Program-made: the position numbers and the translations under genes | Assembly (NCBI RefSeq): GCF_001194135.2 | Contig: NC_068995.1 | Span: forward strand, 52,447,489 to 52,507,587 | Direction: 5' to 3' | Length of the DNA stretch: 60,099 bases | DNA from: Octopus bimaculoides | Taxonomy: Eukaryota | In this document: positions 13,806-25,049 of the stretch, in pieces | Numbering within the stretch: position 1 is the stretch's first letter | Layout: the number at the start of each line of letters is the position of its first letter | Notes under the pieces: model-generated | The model's input: the letters and a program-made list of their open reading frames with translations, nothing else | What the model was told of the DNA's origin: nothing | Databases searched by the model: none

Positions 13806-14677
13806 GTAAGTTACCAATGGATTGAAATTTGGCATCGCATCAAGGAACAAATGGTATTTTTATTGTATGGAATAATTTTTATTTTTATTTGTAATATTTG
13901 TTTCTTGAGTATAGAATATTTCTTTTTTTTGGGGGGAAATGTAAAGAATAGGCACTTAAAAGTATTTAACTGCAAATATATCTGATAGTTATTTTGTTGG
14001 TTTTTACGGTCAGTCAGCTAAGTTAGGGAACATAAAGGGACATAACACAAGTCCAAGTTTTAGATCAGTGTAAACACATGCAAAAATGCGTTTGCACAAG
14101 TACATCATGGACACACATAAACATGAGCACACACACACTCATACACACTCTCATACTCACACATGCATACACTCACACAAACACACACACTTGCAGTTAA
14201 AGATACACTCTTGGCTGACTTCCACACAGTTTCCATATAACAATGACACTTGTCCTGAGGTTATAATAGAAGACTCTTATTTAAGATTCAATGCAGTCTC
14301 ATAAAACTACATAATTTCAAAATGAACTTCCTGAATGCCACGGCTTTGCCTGCACTCTATCATCAACGTTTAACATCTGCCTTCCATGCTTGCATTGGTT
14401 GACAGGACTTGGCCAGGCAAGGTTTTTATGGCTGGATGCCCTTCCTAATACCAACCGCCCTGCAGATTGCTTTTTACATGGCACCAGTGCAGGCGAGGTC
14501 AGTTTGGTATAACTTTTACAGCTGGGTGCCCTTCCAAATGTCGACCACTTTACAGTGTGGAGTGGATGCTTTTTAAGTATATATATATATATATATATTG
14601 TTCTTTGTTTTGTCTTCTTTTTGTTTCCTCACCAACATTGTTTTTCTCTAAATTTGTTTATCATTGTCTCTTTGTAG

Positions 14678-15060
14678 CTCTGGGGGTAAAACTCCTACAG
14701 GTTCGCCATATGAGTCGCCAGAAGGTAGCCCTGTATCTACGCCAAGGCACACGCCTCAAAACAGCGTCACTGATCTGGCGTCCAATGGCCAGTCGTCACC
14801 TATCACTACCCCACTGTCTGCTGGCTGTCGCACCACCTGTTACTCGGGGACAGCGAGTGTTGACCGGAAACACTTGTTGCAGCCCCGTTGCAGTTTACCT
14901 CCTGCGTCGTCGTCCTCTACTTCATCGACGTCATCTCTGCGAGGGATACCCATTGGGGCCCATCATCAGCGAATCATCGATGAATCACAGTTCAGTAACA
15001 GTCCCCTTGGCACACCACATTTTCCCCTTTCAAATGTATTAGAGGTGGTTCTCAAAAAAC
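14678..15060 (+). CDS. PDZD2: Exon: Ser/Pro/Thr-rich linker (SSGGKTPTGSPYESPEGSPVSTPRHTP...NVLEVVLKK) running into PDZ-c
   Basis: tttgtag acceptor, C|gtaagc donor, 383 nt, phase 2 to 1, fully open. Confidence 0.9.
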
Positions 15061-15290
15061 GTAAGCCATCTCTCTTAGTTATTTCTCTGCATCTCCATCA
15101 GTCTGTTTCTCTGACCCTGATCTGTTCTTTTTTTTTTTTTTTTTTTTTTTTTTACATCTTTCTTTTTTTCTTCAAGCTGGCTTGGAATTATTGAGGCTGT
15201 CCCAACACAACATTCACCACTTCTTGTAGTGATTTGGCAGCTCTTTCATGAGGTCCTCTGTCCTGTGAGTTGATCTCACAACATCTCATG

Positions 15291-15480
15291 CAGTTCTATA
15301 TTTAAGAGATGAGGTATTATTTACATTTGACGGATATTTATCCTCATCTTGTTTGTTGTTAACACAACGTTTCGGCTGATATACCCTCCAGCCTTCATCA
15401 TGGGCATATAGCCTAGTGGTTAAGAGCGCAGGCTACTAACCCCAAGATTCCAAGTTCGATTCCAGGCAGTGACCTGAATA

Positions 15481-15516
<36 letters not shown>

Positions 15517-15672
15517 GTAATAGTAGTATCAAAAAATACCTACGGAAGAGAACCCAGGTTCGAAATTTCCCCAAGGCACCTGATGAAGGGTGGAGGGTAC
15601 ATCAGCCGAGACATGTTAACAAACAAGAAGAGGACAAATATCCGTCAAATGTAGATAATCTCCTCATGTCTT
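15291..15672 (+). mobile_element. Fold-back element: inverted copy of its own 3' end, then tRNA head, (AAT)n, and a 3' end with a hammerhead-like motif
   Basis: A box TAGCCTAGTGG at 15409-15419, B box GTTCGATTCC at 15454-15463; arms about 15320-15400 and 15580-15660 are reverse complements; second copy at 21370-21772. Confidence 0.85.
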
Positions 15673-16200
15673 CCTATTTTGATTGTGTTTTTGTATAGTG
15701 TTCCTATTACTAACTGCTTCATAGCATGGAACAGGTGCATTTTTTTTGTGTCTCAGCCATTAGAAAGAATTGTCTTCCAAGACTAAAGTCTCTACCCTCT
15801 GTCAGTTTTTATTCCCTGTTGCTGCTCTCCTAGACATCATGCTGATGATCCAGCTTTCAAATTCATTTCTTTTCTTTGCAATTAGAACGCAAGAACCCTT
15901 TTTCATATATTGCTGGGTCTGGGGGGATCAACCATTGTGCTGTTCTCTACTAATATTGGTTTCAAATTTTTGGAACAAGGCCATCAGTTCTGGGTAAGTT
16001 GATTACATCAGCCCCAGTACTCAACTGGTACTTATTTTATTGAACAGGCAGATGGTGGAATCTGAATTCAGAATAATATACTAACACTCATTCTGGTGAT
16101 GAGACGTGGTTTTATAAATTGAATTTTTTTTCATTAATTTCTGCTTCTCAATTTTGTTAATTTAATATTTCATTTCTTACTGTTTTGTTTTTTTCTTCAG

Positions 16201-16315
16201 AACCTGACAAAAGTTTAGGAATTATCATAGTACGTAGCTCAATAAATGGTACCGATTGGTTCCTTGTTAGTGATGTTGCTAAAGGAACTCCAGCTTACAA
16301 TGACGGACGACTACG
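16201..16315 (+). CDS. PDZD2: Exon: PDZ-c N-half, QPDKSLGIIIVRSSINGTDWFLVSDVAKGTPAYNDGRL(R)
   Basis: tttttcttcag acceptor, CG|gtaagt donor, 115 nt, phase 1 to 2; SLGI loop and DGRL motif. Confidence 0.93.
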
Positions 16316-17679
16316 GTAAGTTCTTGGATTTTCTTTGTTGTTGTGGTGGCAGCTGTTTTGTGGCCATGACGACAGTTCTCTAACAGCAATCCTGGAATTG
16401 TTTCCTATTCTCTAGAATTTTGTAAATAGGTGTTGGGGTGTGTGTGGTAAGAAGTTTACTTCGCAAGCACATGGTCTCAGGCTTAGTCCCACTGCATGAC
16501 ATCTTGTGCTAATGTCTTCCACTATAGCATCAGGCTGACTAAACTCTGGTCTGTGGATTCGGTAGATAAAGACTAAAAGAAACCTGTTGTATATATATGT
16601 GTGTTTATGTGTTCATTACTGTTTCCTTGCCATGACATTGTGTGATAGCTGTAGGCAAGTGTCACTGACATGCAAGCATTTTCCTTTATTTTCAGTCTTA
16701 CACAAAAACATGTCTGGTCATGGGGAAATATCATCTTACTTGAAAACAGGTGGGGGTTGGTGACAGGAAGGGCATCCAGCCATAGAAAATTTGCCTCGAC
16801 AAATTCCATCTAACCCATGCCAGTATGCTAAAGTAGACTTTAAATTGATGATGATGATAATTCCTGTTTTTGCCAAATGATTCTATATACACACCAGATC
16901 CACAGAATGGAGACTGTTCTCAAAATTTGCATATTTAACTTTCAAAAGTCTGAAGAATATGAAATTTGAGTTAATGAATCTTGAAGGCTGCTTGTATACA
17001 CACAGAAAACTCATTTCGTTCTTCAAATGCAAAACACGTGGAGACAAAAAAAAAATTAAGATATGAATTTTGATTGCCTGAATTATAATCCTGTCTTATT
17101 AAGCAGTTCCAATGGTGATTATAATGGTATAGCACAGAATCCTTTGGTAATAAGTTAAAGTTAGTGTTATGACCATAACTAGTAAATATTATGATATGGT
17201 GACACCACATCCAGCAGACTTTGATAATATGTCACCACATTTAGTATAAAATATGATAAAGTCTCATAAGATCTAGTAAACAATATGATATTAACAGATC
17301 CATCATGCAAACCATCTGCTTTTCATCTGGCATCTACTTTCTGTCCAACCATCTGCCTGTCTCTCCAACTGTCTCTCTATCTGCCTGATCATTTGCTTAT
17401 CCATCTGATTGTCCAACTGTCCACTCACCACCCACCTTTCTCTCCAACCATCTATCTATGTAACTGTGTATTTGCCCTCTTATCTTCCAGCATAGCTTTC
17501 TGTTTATCCAGCGATGTCTGTCTGATTACCTATATGTCCATCTATGTTCCTCCTTACAAATCTACCTGTCTGTCTCTTTAATAATATATTGACCTATTTA
17601 TCTGACTTCTGCCTGTCTGACTACCAACATCCATGCACTTGTCTTTCTATTAATCTATTTATTTGTTTCTGTTTTTCAG

Positions 17680-17812
17680 CAAGGGGGATATCCTACTGGA
17701 AATTAATAATAAAAGCACAGCTGGTTTAAATTTACTTGATGTTCATCAGTTATTACAAAAAGATCGTTCTGGAAATGTATCTATTGTTGTACAGAGAAAG
17801 CCAAATTATGTG
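17680..17812 (+). CDS. PDZD2: Exon: PDZ-c C-half, KGDILLEINNKSTAGLNLLDVHQLLQKDRSGNVSIVVQRKPNYV
   Basis: gtttttcag acceptor, GTG|gtacga donor, 133 nt, phase 2 to 0; GD.LLEIN motif. Confidence 0.92.
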
Positions 17813-18065
17813 GTACGAATCTTTCTTTTTCTCTTTCTCTCTCCTTCTCTATCTCTCTGTATCTCTCTTATATTGCTACAATGGGTCCTGTCCCTGCAGC
17901 CATTAATTCAACTATATCATCATTGATTTGTATGAAACATTATCTCCATTATCTGGCATTTAGGCCTTTCACCTGAGAATAATCTATGTGTTGTTGTTTC
18001 TTCTCACATCTGTCAGGTACAGTTACCCTGCAAAAGGTCAAGGTTGCTACCCTTCTTGTAATTAA

Positions 18066-18241
18066 CTCTTTAGCATTTAAACCAGCCATATCCAGCCTCT
18101 TACACCTATCCTGCAGTGCCATTCTAAAAATAAACAATCGCATAACTGAAATATCAAAGCCATGAGATAATGCAAGATTAATTCAAACCAATGTGAATAA
18201 ATAAGCATTACATTTGATTGAGTAATCTGAATGCTAAAGGA
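18066..18241. mobile_element. piggyBac-type MITE
   Basis: TTAA on both sides (18062-18065 and 18242-18245); terminal inverted repeats ctctttagcattta / tgaatgctaaagga. Confidence 0.7.
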
Positions 18242-19083
18242 TTAAGTCACTTTTATGTACAATCTGCTTAATACAACTTCATGTATGAAGATTTAAGGTA
18301 ACACTGGTCATGTTTTCTAGCTGCTCACTCACTCACCTCAGTCCTTACAGCACTTTCATTAAGTGCTCTGCTTTGGAGAAAAGTAATTAGGCTTTCAGAA
18401 AGGGATGTGGACCGAGAACATGTATATGTACAGGTATGGGTCACTGGCTAAGAAGTTTGGATTCCTCATTTTAGAGGCTGGTGGTCAACGAAAAGTACCG
18501 AGATTGTTATTGTTGATGACACACTAAATTTGTGTTCCGATGCTGAAGTTAGAAAACGTTATAATTATTGTAAACAAACTTACAAGTGCTGTGTATGTCG
18601 GTAGTCTGTAGAAAATAAAGGAATTCACGAACGCAGGTAGGCTGTGAAGACAGCTTAGAGAATCAGGTAAAATACCCTTAAGAAGACAGGGGAAAAGTGG
18701 TTACCAATCCTCAACCGTGCACCTCTCAAAATCCAGCTGAGCACTCTGAACCATTTTGGCTAAGAGACTCCTGGTCTTTTTATAATGCCAAATAATAGCT
18801 TTTGGAATGTGAGAACTTATAATTATTATTTCAGAACAGTCAATAACAGAATCGATAGAATACTAAATGAAATACTTTAGTAGGATTTGAACTCAGAACT
18901 TAAGGGAGACACAAAGTGAAATTTATTTCAGCCTTTCAAGGGTTGATAATATCAGTCAAATATTCAGGGTTCATAAAATTGGCAGTTCCGCCCTTGTGGC
19001 CTTTTTTTTTCTTTTTTTTTTTTTAACGCCGTAATTACAGAAAGGATAAGGACTAATTTTTTTTTTCTTTTTGTTTACTGCAG

Positions 19084-19248
19084 GCACCGACTGGAGAGAT
19101 CCATTCGTCAAATGAGCCGGCACTAGTGTCCGGGTCTTCTACTGTAAAGCCTCACAGAGAATCGACACCGCACCGCCAGTTACGGCAATCAACTTCAGCC
19201 AGTGCCCTTCAAGAGAAAACACGTACCAAAGTTGGAACTTTTTTTTGA
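19084..19248 (+). CDS. PDZD2: Probable terminal coding exon, APTGEIHSSNEPALVSGSSTVKPHRESTPHRQLRQSTSASALQEKTRTKVGTFF*
   Basis: Long pyrimidine tract + cag, phase 0, TGA at 19246-19248, AATAAA at 19283 and 19298. The exact 3' end is uncertain (see findings). Confidence 0.75.
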   Translation, partial: APTGEIHSSNEPALVSGSSTVKPHRESTPHRQLRQSTSASALQEKTRTKVGTFF

Positions 19249-19668
19249 AATTTGACAATCATAGTGCAAAACTGGAAAACAAAATAAAATATATAATAAT
19301 AAACCGGGTCTCCATGGGAAGGGGGAGTAACCAAAAAGAAAATAAAGGGATGAAAAATTTATCTCCCTTGTCAGTCACATTTGTCACCCTTGTTAACTCC
19401 GATTACAACTACTGCAACACACTTGTTATATTAAACACATTTATATGGAAGCCCACGCAGCGGCAAATGCAACGCTGTAGTCAGAGTAAAGAAATTGCCA
19501 CACTAGCAGCAGCTGTCAGTCACTACGTCACGGAAACTGGTGAAGAAGGAGAAGTGGAGACAGAATACCGAATGGTCTGAAGACAAGGAAGCAAAACCAT
19601 GAAGAATCACTTATTGCTTGCACACACACACACACACACACACGCGTCTATGTATGTATGCACGTAAA

Positions 19669-19747
<79 letters not shown>

Positions 19748-19868
19748 CTACATGTAAATATGTATGTGTGTGTGTGTATATATATGCATGCATATTGATG
19801 TATAGATATACATACATGTATCGATATGTGTGTATAGGAAAATTAATGTATCAAAGATCAAGAAGATC

Positions 19869-19945
<77 letters not shown>

Positions 19946-20243
19946 TCTGTGTGTGTGTGTGTGTGTGTGTATGAATGTATGAATATTTATGTATATATAG
20001 AATTTCAAATGAGCTATTAAATTAATGTTGAGCTTCTCATAAAAATTAAATTTATAAAATATAATGATATATATATATATATATTATCTTTATTTTATAT
20101 CTGCTTTCCATGCAGGCATGGGTTGGATAGCTTGACAGGATGTGACGACTTCAGATGACTATGTTGTGTTCCTGGGTCTCACTCCTGCATGGCTGGATGC
20201 CATTCTTCCTAAGGCTAACCATTTCACAGAGTTTATCAGATGT

Positions 20244-20294
<51 letters not shown>

Positions 20295-21369
20295 ATGGCA
20301 TCTGCAGAAGTGAGGTCATGTCTTAACTGGGGGAATTAGCTGACTACAACACTGAAAGGAGAAATGCGAGAAAGAGCGGTAATTTTAGGCGAGGTGATGA
20401 AAGATTGAAATATAATGAGAGGAACAATTAAGTGAGAGAAAGGACCAGGCAGAATAGGTTGTGCAGAGGGAAGAGAAGGGACAGGATGGAAGGTTGATAG
20501 AATAAGGTTGTGTAGAGGGGAGAGAAGGGACAGGATGGAAGGTTGAAAAATAAAGGTGATCTCTCGTACTAAAGGGATAAATATAGGTAGAAGATGTAGG
20601 GGTTGGCACGAAATACAGGAAGATAGATGAGGGCGATGAGGATCTAGAGAAGGTAAGGGGGAAGAAACGTATCAGGTTAAGAGGCAGGGAGGGAAAAATG
20701 TTGAGATGGCAAAGCTATGAAGACTGCTGAAGGAGTGTACACATCTATATGCATGTGTGTGTGTATATGTATGTGAATGTTTTTATGTGAAGTTGTATTT
20801 AAAAACAATTCAACAAGCTAAAGGATCACTGAATACTTCTTAGTTTAGTACAGTTTATATTTTAAGAAAGATAAGGTTGACTGACACCTAAGTTTCAGTT
20901 TATAGGCTGTCATCAGACTGGTTTACTTTTGTCTTTCTGGGCTTTTTTTCATCAGTTTGTTTTGGCATGGTGTTCCCTTGATAGATGGAGTAATGTAAAT
21001 GAAAATGATGCTGAAAGGTGGTAAATGGATAAGGTCAGAGGGAAGGGATAGTGGGGAGAGTTTTTCTGGTTTGATAGTTAAATTTATTGTTTGGGTACAA
21101 TCAGGCATGTATGTAAAAGACTAAAGATTAAAGGAGGTTCGTGTGGCAGATGTGTCATATTCAGGCCTCCAGGTCACAATTTGGATTGGTTGAAGTCTTC
21201 ATTATGACTAATCAAGACACTTGCCTAAACCATAGTATTGTGCTATTTTAGAGTTCATAAAACAAAGTTTATAATCCCTTCTCAATTTGACACAGATGGT
21301 AGGTCAGTATTGGTGTTAGAAACCTTCTTTTGGCTTTTTAAAGAAAAGGTTAGATTGATATAGACTATA

Positions 21370-21772
21370 CAGTTCTATATTTAAGAGATGAGGAATTATT
21401 TACATTTGACAGATATTTGTCCTCATCTTGTTTGTTGTTAACACAACGTTTCGGCTGATGTACCCACCAGCCTTCATCAGGTGTCTTGGGGAAATTTCAA
21501 ACCTGGGTTCTCATTCCTTAGGTGTTTTTCAATGTTGTTGTTATTATTATTTTTCAGGTCACTGCCTGGAATCGAACTCAGAACTAACCCCAAGATTCCA
21601 AGTTTGATTCCAGGTAGTGAGCTGAATAATAATAACAGCATTGAAAATTACCTTAGGAATGAGAACCCAGGTTTGAAATTTCCCAAAGACACCTGACAAA
21701 GGCTGGAGGATATATCAGCCGAAACATGTTAACAACAAGCAAGATGAGGACAAATATCCATCAAATATAAAT
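21370..21772. mobile_element. Second fold-back copy of the tRNA-SINE / hammerhead element, a palindrome with ~185-nt arms
   Basis: Starts with the same cagttctatatttaagagatgagg as the 15291 copy; arms 21398-21580 and about 21590-21772 are reverse complements. Confidence 0.85.
21440..21485 (-). ncRNA. Minimal type I hammerhead ribozyme motif, GACAC-CUGAUGA-A-GGCUG-(10 nt)-CAGCC-GAAA-CGUU-GUGUU
   Basis: Intact CUGAUGA / GAAA / GUH core, 5-bp stem II, stem I GACAC:GUGUU, palindromic ACGU stem III. Activity untested. Confidence 0.7.
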
Positions 21773-22837
21773 TATTTATTGGAATATTCTATTATGTTTC
21801 TAGTGTAGTTTTTTTCTAAACATATTTATTCAAATATATAGTCATACATGTATGTTCATGTGTGTGTATGTATATATATAAATATACACTCATGTACATG
21901 TATTACATAGACAAATACAGGTATATCAAATACTATGCAACACAAATTTTTTTTATGCATTAAAATTATCACTGTCTCTTGAGGATGTGTCACCATTACC
22001 AAAAGGCAATCGAGACCAGCTTCATATGAGTAGGGGAGAAAATCTCAAGAATCCAGAATACTCCAAAGTTGTCTTCACATTAATGCAAATGATACTTATT
22101 GCCTGAAGATGAGACAATTAGAGACACTTAACGTTCACACATATCTGTTCATACACATGTGCGTGTACACAAATGTTCATGAATGGTAATATTCCATATT
22201 TGTTGTTCCTTGATTGAAACGAAAGTGATATTGGTATTCCTTGATACTATGACTGACTGATCTGCATTTTCGAAGATGTCTAGAATAAAAAATCCCTTAC
22301 TTGAAATACAGGTAAGGGTTAGCAGCAGGAAGAACACCTGGGCATAAAATTTTGCCTTAAATAACTATCCAACTCTATGAGGCATGGTAAAGCGGATGTA
22401 AAATGTATGAATGAAAGAACAATATTATAAAATATATGTATGTAAATATACATACATACATATATATTCATATATATATATATATATATGCACACACACA
22501 CAGATTTATACATGTGTGTGTGTATAGATGTATTTATTTATATAGATATATCTAAAAATATATTCATATGTCTATATACATATATATGCATGCAAATTCT
22601 CACACACACACATGTATATACACACATGAATGTATGGCTGTGTACATATATGTATATCATGTAAAATATTATAATATATATTTTACATCATGCAAACATT
22701 TTCTGATCTAGAAATTCATTATGTTGGGTGAAATAAACAGATATGTTTAGTATATCAAAGGTTGATGGTTGTCTCCCAGACTAGGGAGAATCTCACTATA
22801 GACTGTCAACTGTTGATATGATAACTGTACATGTATA

Positions 22838-22875
<38 letters not shown>

Positions 22876-23158
22876 AAATTTTATTTATATATATAGTTAT
22901 ATGCAAATAGATTATCCCACAGCTGAGTCAAATGGCTGAGTGGGGTCTGCTGTTGAAATATCTGGGGCCCAGAAACTTCACTGACGATACATCCCTCAGC
23001 ATCCACAAGATGTATCCTAAAACTACATGTGTATATATACATGGATATATATATGTATGTGTGTATATGTGCACAGTTATATATATACATATGTGTGTGT
23101 GTGTATATGTGCATAGTTATATTTCTATATATATATGTGTGTGTGTATATGTGCACAG

Positions 23159-23197
<39 letters not shown>

Positions 23198-25049
23198 GAA
23201 AGTATATGTGTGTGTGTTTATGCATGGATGTTTGTATGTAAAAGTATGAAGAGAAATCGTTTATACAAAATGCTAAACAATGAAAAAGAAAAGTCGTGAC
23301 AAACACCACACAATACCATTAGTATATTTTCTATGTTTATATGAAAACAACAACAAAACCTAGTTAACTAACAAAACAATATTTACAACAGCAAGCAAGC
23401 AAGAAAAGAAAAAACAAGCTGAAGAAAGAAATAACAACAAAAACAGAGAAAAAAGCACACAAAACAACTGATCCTAATTAAGGGTTAACGAGGGTAAACA
23501 AAACAAACTGTATATTATAATTATATTATAAACATTTTTGCGTATTTTTTTTTCAAAAATGTTAACAATTATCATCATCATCATTATCATTATCACCATT
23601 ATTATTATCATTATTATTATAATTGTCCTTGATATTATTAATATAATCGTCATTTATCATTATCATCATTATTCTGATTACTGTTATTACTATTATTATT
23701 ATCATTATCATTATTATTTCTTTTTGGAATCTAATACAGAAATAAACTTGTTATAGAATATACAAATTCTAACAGAAAAATACTTCCTTTGGTCAGATGA
23801 TAAGCTATATATATATATATATAAAACATACACTAACGAAACTTGTTTCAAATCCAGCCTGCAGCAGGCATTCCTTCCTACTAGGTAACTTCCATTTCTC
23901 ACTCCTTTGAGTGTTTTTTTTTTTAAATTTTTTTTTTTTTTGACATCTCCATCAACACCNNNNNNNNNNTTGAAAACACCCAGTACTTGTTATTACTATT
24001 GTTACTTATGCTACAATTGTTATTAGTATTATTATTATTATTATTGCTGTGTGGGCTCCAGTACCATGATGGTAAGTAAACAAAACAGAACAAAAAGCAA
24101 AGCCAAAAAAAAAAAAAAGAAGACCAATTGTTTTACCAGATTCACACCTTAAAACTCCAAACTCCATTAATGAATGTCCCTGGGGGGGTGGGGGAACGTG
24201 AACATCAAGAAATATTTACAAATAAAACACAAAACTTAATAAAAGAACAAAAACAGAATCGACTTCATACATGTGAAAAACGAGGAAAATTGGGATGATG
24301 ATGATGATGATGATGAAACTAATAGAAATATCAAAAATAGTTGTGATTATTATTACTATTATTATTATTATTATTATTTAAATTTCTGACATAATTTAAA
24401 ATTCTCTGGAGTATTTACCTTATTTTTTGTGTTTATTTTTTTCTGGTTAACATAAGTTTCTACAGGCTTAATCTTCTATATATGTATGTATGTGTGCATA
24501 TATATATATATGTATATATATTTATGCGCATACACACACGCATATACTGGAAGCTGATGAGTCACTCTGTTGCTACTCGCAGTTTCTTAACATATATGTG
24601 TTATCTTTATATCTCCTTCAAGTTATGAACTGCATTTATTTAATATCCACTCAGAACCTTGGTGGTGATGGAGACAATCCTCTCTATGTAAAAAAGTAAG
24701 TATATATAGTCAGTATAACTATATATATATATATATATATAGATAGATAGATAGAATGGGCATCTGAAGATATTTGGAAATTTGATCAATGAAACTGTAA
24801 GATGAAAGACAAAAATGATTTTGATAATTGAGACGCCTGAAAATAATATTTATTGGCCACAAGGGACCCATATATACAAAATCTGCCATACAAAATGGGT
24901 TGCAAAATGTGTGTGTTTATATGAATAAACATGTGTATGTCTCATGCACACACACACACACGCACGTGTGTGTGTGTGTATATATGGCATGCATATATAA
25001 GGTGGATGGGAGAGTAAAATTTTGATACAGTGTTTGGAAACACAAATAA

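Larger units (their letters stand above)
6088..19248 (+). other. PDZD2: Multi-exon gene (3' portion; 5' exons not identified in the window) for a PDZD2 / pro-IL-16-like multi-PDZ scaffold protein with 3 visible PDZ domains
   Basis: Nine GT-AG-bounded exons whose phases join in frame except across the N gap. The PDZ peptides closely resemble, from memory, human PDZD2 PDZ2 (..GDELLVING..LVGLSHEEAV..VQLVVASK) and neuronal IL-16 PDZ1 ([17 protein letters not shown]). The symbol is a family-level call. Confidence 0.85.

Noticed and set aside
15402-15475. tRNA-like sequences here and at 10584 and 45519
   Set aside because: No complete cloverleaf or acceptor stem, and each continues into repeat bodies; these are SINE heads, not tRNA genes.
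22932-23010. LGP..FTDDTSL resembling an RT FADD motif
   Set aside because: Spacing is wrong and no flanking RT motifs are present.
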